Numbered from the stretch's first letter, positions 41,274-50,225 are shown. The stretch is 64,000 nucleotides of DNA from Candidatus Mycalebacterium zealandia (GCA_014075295.1 CP046180.1:791945-855944); one strand, 5' to 3'. A program made the numbers and translations. The notes: a model not told the origin generated them from the sequence alone.

Positions 41274-42269
41274 ATGCGTAAAAACACAGTGAAGAAAAAC
41301 TTCGAGAGTTTCATCAAAAAAAGAAATATTGACCTCTCCCCGCTTTCACTGAAAACCTTACAAATCAACATAACAAAACTGTGCAATCAGGCTTGCATTC
41401 ACTGCCACGTTGATGCTTCGCCGAAGAGAACCGAGCAGATGGACCTGAAAACTGTCAACCGCTGTCTTGAAATTCTCGCCGAAAACACGGTGAAAACGCT
41501 TGACATCACGGGCGGAGCGCCCGAACTCAATCCGCATTTTGATTACATTGTTGAGCGTGCGGCGGAGATGAAAAAACGCGTGACTGTGCGCCACAACTTG
41601 ACGGTTACGGTTGACGGAAATCCGGTTACGGGCGAAGGCAAAGATTATCTACCCGATTTTTTTGCGCGGCACGGGGTGGAAGTGATGTCGTCTCTTCCGC
41701 ACTACGAAGAGTATTTGACGGACAAGCAGAGAGGCAGAGGCGTGTTTGAAAAAAGCGTTCAAGCCGCGCTTATGCTCAATGAGCGGGGATACGGAAAAGA
41801 CAAGAGCGGACTTGTTCTTGATTTTGTCTATAATCCGCCCGGCGACTACCTTCCGGCAGACCAGAACGACCTTGAAAAAACCTTCAAAGAAAAACTGCGG
41901 GCAAAACACGGCATAGAATTCAACAACCTCTACTGTATAACGAATATGCCAATTAACAGGTTTCGCCGATATCTAATCAGGGAGAAAAAATACGTTGGCT
42001 ATATGGACAAACTCGTATCCGCGTTCAACCCTGCCGCCGCTGAAGGTGTTATGTGCAGAAACATGATAAGCGTTGACCACGAAGGCGCGCTTTACGATTG
42101 TGACTTCAACCAGATGCTGAAGATGCGCGTTAAGTGCGAAAACGGAGAGAAAGCGACCGTTTTCAACTCATCGCTCAAAGAGATAGCGGCGCGCGGCATA
42201 ATATTCGGAAATCACTGCTTCGGTTGCACTGCCGGAGCGGGAAGCAGTTGCGGAGGGGAAACCGCTTGA
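41274..42269 (+). CDS. arsS: Radical SAM protein ArsS (TIGR04167-type, Cys-rich C-terminus)
   Basis: CNQACIHC radical-SAM motif, LDITGGAPELNP, NMPINRF, DCDFNQM, HCFGCTAGAGSSCGG. Confidence 0.9.
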   Translation: MRKNTVKKNFESFIKKRNIDLSPLSLKTLQINITKLCNQACIHCHVDASPKRTEQMDLKTVNRCLEILAENTVKTLDITGGAPELNPHFDYIVERAAEMKKRVTVRHNLTVTVDGNPVTGEGKDYLPDFFARHGVEVMSSLPHYEEYLTDKQRGRGVFEKSVQAALMLNERGYGKDKSGLVLDFVYNPPGDYLPADQNDLEKTFKEKLRAKHGIEFNNLYCITNMPINRFRRYLIREKKYVGYMDKLVSAFNPAAAEGVMCRNMISVDHEGALYDCDFNQMLKMRVKCENGEKATVFNSSLKEIAARGIIFGNHCFGCTAGAGSSCGGETA

Positions 42270-42887
42270 ATGAACACTGTCGCGGTCTTTCTTAAACACC
42301 CCACTCCGGGAAAAGTAAAAACCCGAATGGCAAAAGACATCGGAAACGAGCGCGCCGCGGAAATTTACGCGTCTATGGTGGAAAGGGTTATGGAAAACAT
42401 CGAGGGAAAACATTCGCTTTGCGTATTTTACGACCCACCGGAAATGAAAAATGAAATCGTCCGCTGGCTCGGCGGATGGACGGCGGATTTCGTCGCGCAA
42501 AGGGGAAAAACACTCGGAGAAAAAATATCAAACGCGATTAATGACCGCGTGTCGGCAGGGAACCTAAAAGTGGTCGTCATTGGAACCGATTGCGTTGAAA
42601 TAACGGCGGAAACAATCACGGACTCATTTGAGCGGCTGAACACGGCGGACACGGTAATCGGTCCCTGCGAAGACGGCGGCTACTACCTCATAGGGCTTAA
42701 AACAAACCGCGCCGAACTCTTCAACGACATAGATTGGAGCACGGACAGGGTTATGGCTCAAACGCTTGAAAAAGCGCAACAACTGCGCCTTAATGTGAGC
42801 GTTATGGAAACCTTGCGCGACATAGATTGCGCGGACGACCTCAATCCACAGGTTTTGGAAAAATTGAACGGGCAGGTGGCAAAATGA
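42270..42887 (+). CDS. TIGR04282/DUF2064 CofC-like nucleotidyl/glycosyltransferase
   Basis: KHPTPGKVKTRM, IGTDC, IGPCEDGGYYLIG, IDWST, DID. Confidence 0.88.
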   Translation: MNTVAVFLKHPTPGKVKTRMAKDIGNERAAEIYASMVERVMENIEGKHSLCVFYDPPEMKNEIVRWLGGWTADFVAQRGKTLGEKISNAINDRVSAGNLKVVVIGTDCVEITAETITDSFERLNTADTVIGPCEDGGYYLIGLKTNRAELFNDIDWSTDRVMAQTLEKAQQLRLNVSVMETLRDIDCADDLNPQVLEKLNGQVAK

Positions 42888-43630
42888 CCGGAGCATCTCC
42901 GCTTGAACCCGCTTTCGCGCTCGCATTTTTGTCGGGAATCGCGTCATTTCTGTCTCCGTGCATTTTCCCACTTGTTCCCGGATACCTGTCCGCGTTGACC
43001 ATGAGAAACGGCGAAACCGAAATGCCGTCCGGAAAGTTTTCACTGCTTGGCCCAACCATTCTTTTTGTCGCAGGTTTCGCGTTTGTTTTTTCGCTTATGG
43101 GAACGTCGGCGTCATTTCTCGGCTCATTCCTGTCTGAAAACAGAACGGTTCTCGCGACCGTGTCAGGCGCGCTGATTATGATTCTGGGGCTGATTACAAT
43201 GGATATTGTAAAAATCCCGGCGCTCCGGCGTGAAAGAACACTGCGCTTGCAAACTCAAAGAGGCGGACCCGTTTATGTGTTTGTGCTTGGTTGCGCTTTC
43301 GCGTTCGGGTGGGTGCCGTGCATAGGACCCATGCTTGCGGCGATTTTATCCTACGCGTCTTCGTATCAAGATCCCGCGCGCGGGTTCGCGCTTCTGCTAG
43401 CCTATTCCTGCGGGCTTGGAGTGCCTTTTGTGGCAGCAGGTCTGCTTTTTTCACGGTGGCGCACCGTGTCATTCATCGGAAAAAAATACTACCCCGTTTA
43501 CAAGTACATCGTGGGCGCGCTTATGGTCGCAGTGGGTTTTCTCATCGCGGCTGACTTTCTGTTCTATGTGAACGTGTATGGGCAGAAACTGTTTGATTTT
43601 CTCGGCATTGACTTCTGGACAAAAATTTAA
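42884..43630 (+). CDS. ccdA: CcdA (DsbD transmembrane-domain) thiol-disulfide transporter
   Basis: SFLSPCIFPLVPGYL, FGWVPCIGPMLAAIL, YSCGLGVPF; start ATG 42884 (ATGA overlap). Confidence 0.93.
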   Translation: MTGASPLEPAFALAFLSGIASFLSPCIFPLVPGYLSALTMRNGETEMPSGKFSLLGPTILFVAGFAFVFSLMGTSASFLGSFLSENRTVLATVSGALIMILGLITMDIVKIPALRRERTLRLQTQRGGPVYVFVLGCAFAFGWVPCIGPMLAAILSYASSYQDPARGFALLLAYSCGLGVPFVAAGLLFSRWRTVSFIGKKYYPVYKYIVGALMVAVGFLIAADFLFYVNVYGQKLFDFLGIDFWTKI

Positions 43631-43708
43631 ACGGCAACCGCGCTTATTTGACTAAGGTCTTTTCTTGCCATAATATTTGAGAAGTTCTCCGCACCGGAGG
43701 TTAGTTTT

Positions 43709-43966
43709 ATGCCTTGTTACGAATACCAGTGCTCAAAATGCGGCGACACTTTTGAGTTTTTACATCTCGGTGGCGACGATGTCGTAAAGTGCGAAAAATG
43801 CGGCACAAAAAAAGTCAAACGTCTTCTTTCCTCGTTTGGTTTCGGATTCAAAGGTTTTGGAACATCCCCCGCGGCTCCGGCTGACCCGATTGACTCTGGA
43901 GGCGCCGATGAAAAAACGGCTTCGGGAGGCGGATGCAGTTGCTCTTGCTCCTGCTCTTGCGGTTGA
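43709..43966 (+). CDS. FmdB family zinc-ribbon protein with Cys-Ser repeat tail
   Basis: MPCYEYQCSKCGDTFE...CEKCG...KRLLS; SD GGAGG; ends CSCSCSCSCG. Confidence 0.9.
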   Translation: MPCYEYQCSKCGDTFEFLHLGGDDVVKCEKCGTKKVKRLLSSFGFGFKGFGTSPAAPADPIDSGGADEKTASGGGCSCSCSCSCG

Positions 43967-43991
43967 AAATTTATTATAAGAGAAAATCAAA

Positions 43992-45281
43992 ATGGCAAAA
44001 GAAAAAGATTTAAAAAAAGCCGCGCTTGAATACCACAAACAGGAAAGGAAAGGAAAACTTGAAGTTGTTCCGTCAAAGCCGTGCGCAACTCAGTGGGACT
44101 TGTCCCTCGCCTATTCTCCCGGTGTGGCTGAGCCGTGCAGAGAGATAGAAAAAAACCCTGACACCGCTTACGAATACACAAACAAAGGAAACCTTGTCGG
44201 CGTGATTTCAAATGGAACCGCTGTTCTTGGGCTCGGAAACATCGGAGCTCTTGCCGGCAAGCCGGTTATGGAAGGCAAAGGCGTTCTTTTCAAAAAATTC
44301 GCGGATATTGACGCTTACGACATTGATGTCAACTGCTCCGATGCCGACCAGTTCATTGAGATTGTTGAAAGTCTTGAGCCGACCTTCGGCGGAATTAACC
44401 TTGAAGACATCAAAGCTCCTGAGTGTTTCAAGATTGAAACCGAACTCAAAAAGCGGATGGACATTCCGGTTTTTCACGATGACCAGCACGGAACGGCGAT
44501 TATTTCGGGCGCGGGTCTTTTGAATGCGTGTGAACTCTCGGGCAAGAAACTTGAAGATTTGACGATGGTTTTTAACGGCGCGGGAGCATCCGCGATTGCG
44601 TGCGCGGAACTGTTCATCTCTCTGGGCGCGAAAAGGGGAAACATCGTAATGTGCGACAGTCGCGGCGTTATATACAAAGGACGCGGCGAGGGTATGAATC
44701 CGCAAAAAGAGATGTTCGCCGTGGACACTAAACACAGAACCGTTGAAGACGCGATGAAGGGAGCGCAGTGCTTTGTGGGGCTTTCAAACGGAGGCGCGGT
44801 CAGTCAGGACATGGTTAGAAGCATGGACAGCAACCCCATAATTTTCGCGATGGCAAATCCTGACCCCGAAATTTCCTACGAAGACGCGACAAGTGCCAGA
44901 AAAGACGATGTGATTATGGCAACGGGAAGATCGGACTACCCCAATCAGGTTAATAACGTTCTGGGATTTCCGTTCATATTCCGCGGCTCGCTTGACGTAA
45001 GAGCGAAGTCAATAAACGAAGAGATGAAAATCGCCGCCGTGCAAGCTCTTGCCGCCCTCGCGAAAGAGCCGGTTCCGAAAAGCGTTATCAAGGCATACGG
45101 CGGAGACCCTATTGAGTTCTCGCCTGATTACATTGTGCCCAAGCCGTTTGACCCTCGCGTTTTGCCGTGGGAATCTGCGGCGGTTGCCGAAGCCGCAATT
45201 AAAACCGGCGTGGCGCGAATTAAAATAGACATCAAAAAATACAAGCAATCGCTTGAAGATAAAATCCAAGACCAACTTTGA
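43992..45281 (+). CDS. maeB: NAD(P)-dependent malic enzyme, MaeB-like catalytic part without PTA-like domain
   Basis: [48 protein letters not shown]; 429 aa. Confidence 0.9.
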   Translation: MAKEKDLKKAALEYHKQERKGKLEVVPSKPCATQWDLSLAYSPGVAEPCREIEKNPDTAYEYTNKGNLVGVISNGTAVLGLGNIGALAGKPVMEGKGVLFKKFADIDAYDIDVNCSDADQFIEIVESLEPTFGGINLEDIKAPECFKIETELKKRMDIPVFHDDQHGTAIISGAGLLNACELSGKKLEDLTMVFNGAGASAIACAELFISLGAKRGNIVMCDSRGVIYKGRGEGMNPQKEMFAVDTKHRTVEDAMKGAQCFVGLSNGGAVSQDMVRSMDSNPIIFAMANPDPEISYEDATSARKDDVIMATGRSDYPNQVNNVLGFPFIFRGSLDVRAKSINEEMKIAAVQALAALAKEPVPKSVIKAYGGDPIEFSPDYIVPKPFDPRVLPWESAAVAEAAIKTGVARIKIDIKKYKQSLEDKIQDQL

Positions 45282-45925
45282 GTTTCCGCGCTGTCATCTT
45301 TGACATGGACGGGGTGCTGATAGACAGCGAACCCCTCTGGGAAGAGACGGAAATCAAACTTCTAAAATCAATGGGCGCGGAATACGACCCCGCTTTCAGA
45401 GACAATGTTGTGGGTTTGAGTCAGGTTGACTCATCAAAACTGATTATCGCAGAGTTCGGTCTGGACTGTTCGCCCGAAGAGTTGATTGAAAAACGCCTGA
45501 ATCTTCTCTTGCGCGTCTATGATGAAAAACTGACGATGTTTGACGGTGCGAAACCGCTTATTAACGGTTTGAGAGAGCGGGGAATTAAAACCGCGCTCGC
45601 GTCAAGCTCGCCGACGGAGGCGATTTCCTTTGTGCTTGAAAAGTTTTCAATTCGCGATTTGTTTGACGCCGTTATATCGGGTGACTGCATAAAAAATGGC
45701 AAACCCGCGCCGGACATCTATCTGCTCGCGGCGGCGGAAATAGGCGTAAAACCGTCCGAATGCGCGGCGATTGAAGACTCGCCCAAAGGCGCGCAATCCG
45801 CCGCCGCCGCAGGAATGTTCTGCATTGCCATTCCCGATAAACGCCTCAACGCCGAAGAGTTTGAAATCTGCGATGCGATTTGTGAAAACATCTGTGAAGC
45901 CGAAGCGGTAATTCTCCGCGTTTGA
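45278..45925 (+). CDS. HAD-superfamily phosphatase (beta-PGM/CbbY-like)
   Basis: [31 protein letters not shown]; TTG start overlapping maeB stop. Confidence 0.9.
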   Translation: MSFRAVIFDMDGVLIDSEPLWEETEIKLLKSMGAEYDPAFRDNVVGLSQVDSSKLIIAEFGLDCSPEELIEKRLNLLLRVYDEKLTMFDGAKPLINGLRERGIKTALASSSPTEAISFVLEKFSIRDLFDAVISGDCIKNGKPAPDIYLLAAAEIGVKPSECAAIEDSPKGAQSAAAAGMFCIAIPDKRLNAEEFEICDAICENICEAEAVILRV

Positions 45926-45950
45926 CTTCAACCCCCTGCTTTAATACAAT
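45922..45950 (+). promoter_or_regulatory. Near-consensus sigma70 promoter for structured RNA and methyltransferase-HNH gene
   Basis: TTGACT (45922-45927), 17-nt spacer, TACAAT (45945-45950). Confidence 0.75.
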
Positions 45951-45955
45951 CCGCC

Positions 45956-46077
45956 TGTTCACCTTTTTTATCAGAAACCCGCAAAGTCGGGTCTCTGTGA
46001 ATACAAGACCCTCGCGGGAAATAAACAGAACTTTCAAACCTCTGGTGAAGAAGGTGAACAAGGCCCGGCACCTTGTT
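45956..46077 (+). ncRNA. Candidate structured RNA / cis-regulatory leader, family unassigned
   Basis: 20 uninterrupted pairs 45956-45975 with 46041-46060 (three G-U); inner stems CCCGC/GCGGG and GGGTCT/AGACCC; competing hairpin AACAAGG/CCTTGTT at 46057-46077. Confidence 0.65.
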
Positions 46078-46100
46078 TGCAAGTCGGGCTGTGTGTCAAA

Positions 46101-47537
46101 ATGGGCGTTGAACCTTACACACTGTTCACCGGCGATAACCTGCCGATTATGCGGGGAATGGACGATGAGTCCATTGATCTGATTTATTTAGACCCGCCAT
46201 TTAACAAGAAAAAGATTTTTGAAGCCCCTATTGGAAGCGGAGCGGAAGGTGCAAAGTTTGAAGACACTTGGAAAATGAGCGATGTCAAAAGTGAGGAAAT
46301 TGCAGAGGTGGAAACGGAAAACAAACCGCTTGCCAATTTAATCAATCTTGCCGGAAACATCGGCGGGAACAGTTATAAAGCGTATTTGATATTTATGGCT
46401 TTGCGTCTAATCCAGATGAGACGCATACTGAAAAACACGGGAAGCATCTATCTGCATTGTGACCCCACAATGAGCCATTGGTTGAAGTTGTTAATGGATG
46501 CGGTGTTTGGGGTTAAAAACTTCAGAAGTGAAATTACATGGAAGCGGGCAACTTCAACACAAAAAGGATCTCAACACAAAAACAAAAAATGGGGAGACAA
46601 TGCTGATATCGTTTTGTATTTTGCAAAATCCAATAAAACACCTTTGAACCCATTGAGACAATTAACAGAAGAAGAAATAGAAAAAAAGTTTCCGAAGACT
46701 GATGAAAATGGCAGAGCATACAACACCGCAACGCCATTATTCCGTGCCAAAAGTATGGGAGAGCGTCCTAATCTATGCTATGAGTGGCGGGGTTTTCGCA
46801 ATCCTCACCCTTCAGGGTGGCGGTTGAGCAAAGAAAGACTGGAAGAAGAATACCAAAAAGGCAACATAGTTATTTCTACTAATAAGAAAGGAATGAAGAT
46901 AGAGAGGAGAGCATATGCAGACTATTACAAAGGGGCGACATTCGGCAATATCTGGGACGACATCAAACCGGTTTCAGGTCAAGAACGCACACACTACCCC
47001 ACTCAAAAACCTCTTGCTTTGCTTGACCGCATAATCAAAGCATCCAGCAATGAGGGCGACATGGTATTTGACCCGTTTTGCGGTTGTGCTACCACGCCCA
47101 TTGCGGTAGCAGGGCTTAATCGCAAATGGATAGGAATTGACCTTTCGAAGAAGGCTGTTGAATTGGTTCAAAGCCGAATGAGAAAGGATTTATTTGTGTA
47201 TTGGGAAAAAGGCAAAACGCCAACGGGCTTTAAGCCAATAGTTATTCATCGTGATGATGTTCCCATTCGGTCTGACAGAGTTAAGCAAAGTCCCAATATA
47301 AAACATATGAAATACGGCGAGCAAGAAGGATGTTGTGCTTGCGATGGCAACCATTTTCTTATTCAGAACTTGACCATTGACCATGACATTCCAAGAAGCA
47401 AAGGCGGAACTGATGATGACTCAAATCTCGTTCTGCTTTGCGGACTGTGCAACAGCATAAAGGGCGCAGGCCGAACACTCTCCGAAGCAAAAGCACGCTA
47501 TAAACAGTTGTATCCCAACGAATACAAAGATGTGTAG
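46101..47537 (+). CDS. Beta-class amino (N4/N6) DNA methyltransferase fused to C-terminal HNH endonuclease domain
   Basis: Motif IV DLIYLDPPFN near N-terminus, HYPTQKP, motif I DPFCGCATT; C-terminal CCAC...IDHDIPRSKGGTDDDSNLVLLCGLCNSIKG; start taken at ATG 46101. Confidence 0.9.
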   Translation: MGVEPYTLFTGDNLPIMRGMDDESIDLIYLDPPFNKKKIFEAPIGSGAEGAKFEDTWKMSDVKSEEIAEVETENKPLANLINLAGNIGGNSYKAYLIFMALRLIQMRRILKNTGSIYLHCDPTMSHWLKLLMDAVFGVKNFRSEITWKRATSTQKGSQHKNKKWGDNADIVLYFAKSNKTPLNPLRQLTEEEIEKKFPKTDENGRAYNTATPLFRAKSMGERPNLCYEWRGFRNPHPSGWRLSKERLEEEYQKGNIVISTNKKGMKIERRAYADYYKGATFGNIWDDIKPVSGQERTHYPTQKPLALLDRIIKASSNEGDMVFDPFCGCATTPIAVAGLNRKWIGIDLSKKAVELVQSRMRKDLFVYWEKGKTPTGFKPIVIHRDDVPIRSDRVKQSPNIKHMKYGEQEGCCACDGNHFLIQNLTIDHDIPRSKGGTDDDSNLVLLCGLCNSIKGAGRTLSEAKARYKQLYPNEYKDV

Positions 47538-47550
47538 TTTTTACTTCACC

Positions 47551-48042
47551 CTAGATAGATTTTGGAAAATCAAAATCAATCAACCTTCCCTTTCCGTTTG
47601 CGATATTCGCCCATAAATTGGCGTCCGTTTCAATGTGGACAATTCCGCAAGTGGGAACATTATCAATCGTTTCGCCGGTGAGAAGATTTGCCAAATCGGT
47701 AATGGCAAAGTTGTGGCAGAAAACCGCGACCGTCTGAAAATCCTCGTCTATGACAGATTCAACCGCTTTCAGAAGATCTGTGGAATTGAAAGTGTAAAAT
47801 CTCTCATTCGTCTTGATTTCTTCAGGCGGAAAACCCGCCTTTTCACAAACAAGTTTCGCTGTGGTAAAAGCCCTGTTTGCGGGGCTTGAATAAACGGCGT
47901 CAAAAACTACACCCTTCTCTTTCAAACGCCAGCCCATTTTCGGGACATCCGAAAGTCCGCGTTCATTAAGAGGACGCTCCAAATCCGCGACTTTCTGCCG
48001 GCGGTCTGACTTTGCGTGCCTGATTAGAAACAGGGTTTTCAT
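47551..48042 (-). CDS. sixA: SixA-like histidine phosphatase
   Basis: LIRHAKS, RPLNERG, SSPANRA, FCHN, VPTCGI. Confidence 0.88.
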   Translation of the reverse strand: MKTLFLIRHAKSDRRQKVADLERPLNERGLSDVPKMGWRLKEKGVVFDAVYSSPANRAFTTAKLVCEKAGFPPEEIKTNERFYTFNSTDLLKAVESVIDEDFQTVAVFCHNFAITDLANLLTGETIDNVPTCGIVHIETDANLWANIANGKGRLIDFDFPKSI

Positions 48043-50225
48043 TTAATTTTCGCGAGTTTTTCAATAAATTCCCGCGCGTGCCCGACAGACGGAGAGTAAA
48101 ACTTCGCCTTTGTCATACCGGAACCGATTTTAATTGAATATGCGTCCTCCGGAAGCCCGGAAAACATATCCTCATCCGTCAAATCGTCTCCCATTGCGAT
48201 AACGCAGTCCCACTTGTCCGCGAACCAACGGCGGATTGACGCGCCTTTGTTTATCGCGAAATCCTTAACCTCTATAACTTTGTTACCCTGCATAACCTTA
48301 ACGCCCAGATTTTGAACCGTGTTCGCAAGCGCCTCGTTGAGTTCTCCCGTTCTAACCGCCGCGAGAGACGGGTCCACCTTTCTATAGTGCCACGCCACGG
48401 AATAGTCTTTCTCCTCCACGAATGAACCCGGAGTTCTGTCCGTAAAAATTTCGAAAATCAGCGAAATCTCTTTTTTCCACTCGGTTTCAACGGGCGCCTC
48501 ACGCTCCCATTTGCCGCTGTCTTTTATCCACGCCCCATGCTCGGCAACAATCGCGTCCGCGCAGTTTCCAAGCCATTTCGAAAGGGTTTTTCTGTCTCTG
48601 CCGCTCACAACCACAAGTTTTGAGCGGGGATTTGAAGCTATTGCCCGTAGGTGTGTTTTGATTTCCGCGTCCGGTTTGGCATCTTCGGGATTTTCCGTGA
48701 ACGGAACAAGTGTGCCGTCATAATCGGTAAAGATTATGCGCTTACGGCTCGCGGAGAATTTTTTAACAATCTCGCCGGACACTCTTTTTGAAAGCAGTTT
48801 TGACGACATCGCGGACTGCCGCCGCTTTTGCGCTCCGAGGCGGTCAAGAAAATCGGTTCTCCAGCGCGCGAGGTCATAGCGCGTAAGCCGCGCCCTCATC
48901 GCGTCCATGTTGCGTTTGCGTTCAGCGGCGAGCATTTCAAGCGCGGACAGTAAAGCGTCCGACACTGTTGAAAGGTCATTGGGGTTGACGATAAACGCCT
49001 CGCCGAGTTCACGTGAAGTTCCCGCCATTTCACTCAAGATAAGGGCTCCCCGTCCGTCCGGACGCGATGAAACATACTCTTTGGCGATAAGGTTCATTCC
49101 GTCCCGCGCGGGCGTTATAAAAAGAACATCGGCGAGCGAATATAGTGAAACCATCCCTTGGAAATTGAACGAACGGTAAAGATATTTCACGGGCTCCCAT
49201 TTAAGAGTTCCCCATTTGCCGTTGATTTCGCTGACCATACGCTCAATTTTTGAGCGCAGTTGTTCGTAGAGTTCCACTTCGGTGCGTGAAGGAACAGCAA
49301 CCAGCAAAAGCACCGCCCTGCCACGCCACGAAGGGTTTTTCTTCAAAAAAAGATCGTATGCTTCAAGCCGTTTTTCTATGCCTTTTGTGTAGTCCAGCCT
49401 ATCTATTGAAAGAATAATGCGGCAGTTGCCGGGGAAAAGATTCTTTTTTCTCTTTACCTTATTTTTGACCGCCGCAGAGCGGCACGCAGTGGAAAACTTG
49501 CGCACATCCACACCCATTGGAAACATATCCGCCTTAACAAGACGGTTGCCAACCGGAAAAACACCGAGAGAGTTGTCAATCCTTTTCACCCTTCTCACGG
49601 TTTCGGCAAAATTGCGAACATAGTCAAAAGTGTGGAAACCGATTAAATCCGCGCCAAGCAAGCCGTCAAGAATCTCGGAACAGCCCGGAATAAGACGAAA
49701 AACATCAGACGCAGGAAACGGCGTGTGCAGAAAAAAACCTATCTCCGCGTCCGGAAGATGCTTCCTTATCAGAAGCGGAAGCAGCATTAAATGGTAGTCA
49801 TGAACCCATATGGTGTCGCGCGCGCGCGCGACTGAAACAACTGCGCGGGCAAACTTTTCATTCACTTTGCGATAGGTTTCGTAGTCATGACCGCCGTATT
49901 CGGCGAACTGCGGAAAATAGTGAAAAAGAGGCCAGATTGTAGAGTTGCAAAAGCCGTTGTAATAACCGTCCGTTTCGCCGTCGCTTAAAAAAACCGGAGA
50001 TAAATTTTTTTCCGCGAGAGAGCGCTCCAGCCCGCGTTTGCCTTTCGCGTTCAAAAATGATGAATTGCCGGGCCAGCCGACCCAAACTCCCTGTTTTCCA
50101 AAACCCGCGCCGCCAAGCCCCGTGGCAACGCCTCCGACATTGCGTTTGAGTGAAAATCCGCCCTTCTCCGCCGGATTGACGGAAACCGGAAGACGGTTTG
50201 AAACTGTTATTATCTTTGTGTCCAT
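48039..50225 (-). CDS. Bifunctional trehalose-6-phosphate synthase/phosphatase (OtsA-OtsB fusion)
   Basis: GT20 motifs WVHDYHL, GFFLHTPFP, DRLDYTKG, DGMNLIAKEY; HAD TPP motifs DYDGTL, VVSGR, MGDDLTDED. Confidence 0.95.
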   Translation of the reverse strand: MDTKIITVSNRLPVSVNPAEKGGFSLKRNVGGVATGLGGAGFGKQGVWVGWPGNSSFLNAKGKRGLERSLAEKNLSPVFLSDGETDGYYNGFCNSTIWPLFHYFPQFAEYGGHDYETYRKVNEKFARAVVSVARARDTIWVHDYHLMLLPLLIRKHLPDAEIGFFLHTPFPASDVFRLIPGCSEILDGLLGADLIGFHTFDYVRNFAETVRRVKRIDNSLGVFPVGNRLVKADMFPMGVDVRKFSTACRSAAVKNKVKRKKNLFPGNCRIILSIDRLDYTKGIEKRLEAYDLFLKKNPSWRGRAVLLLVAVPSRTEVELYEQLRSKIERMVSEINGKWGTLKWEPVKYLYRSFNFQGMVSLYSLADVLFITPARDGMNLIAKEYVSSRPDGRGALILSEMAGTSRELGEAFIVNPNDLSTVSDALLSALEMLAAERKRNMDAMRARLTRYDLARWRTDFLDRLGAQKRRQSAMSSKLLSKRVSGEIVKKFSASRKRIIFTDYDGTLVPFTENPEDAKPDAEIKTHLRAIASNPRSKLVVVSGRDRKTLSKWLGNCADAIVAEHGAWIKDSGKWEREAPVETEWKKEISLIFEIFTDRTPGSFVEEKDYSVAWHYRKVDPSLAAVRTGELNEALANTVQNLGVKVMQGNKVIEVKDFAINKGASIRRWFADKWDCVIAMGDDLTDEDMFSGLPEDAYSIKIGSGMTKAKFYSPSVGHAREFIEKLAKIK

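Noticed and set aside
42267-42272. arsS TGA is followed immediately by the in-frame ATG of the next gene, suggesting selenocysteine read-through fusion (the family includes selenoproteins)
   Set aside because: The TGA falls after the complete GSSCGG terminus rather than at a conserved Cys, and I see no SECIS-like hairpin downstream. Simple adjacency is enough.
45956-46090. Assigning the structured RNA to 6S RNA, c-di-GMP-I or SAM-I
   Set aside because: Only fragments match (CGGCAC; CGCAAAG..GGGTCT; TTATCA). There is no symmetric 6S bubble or zapA/ygfA context, no GEMM P1 with GNRA tetraloop, and no SAM-I core. Left unassigned pending cmscan.
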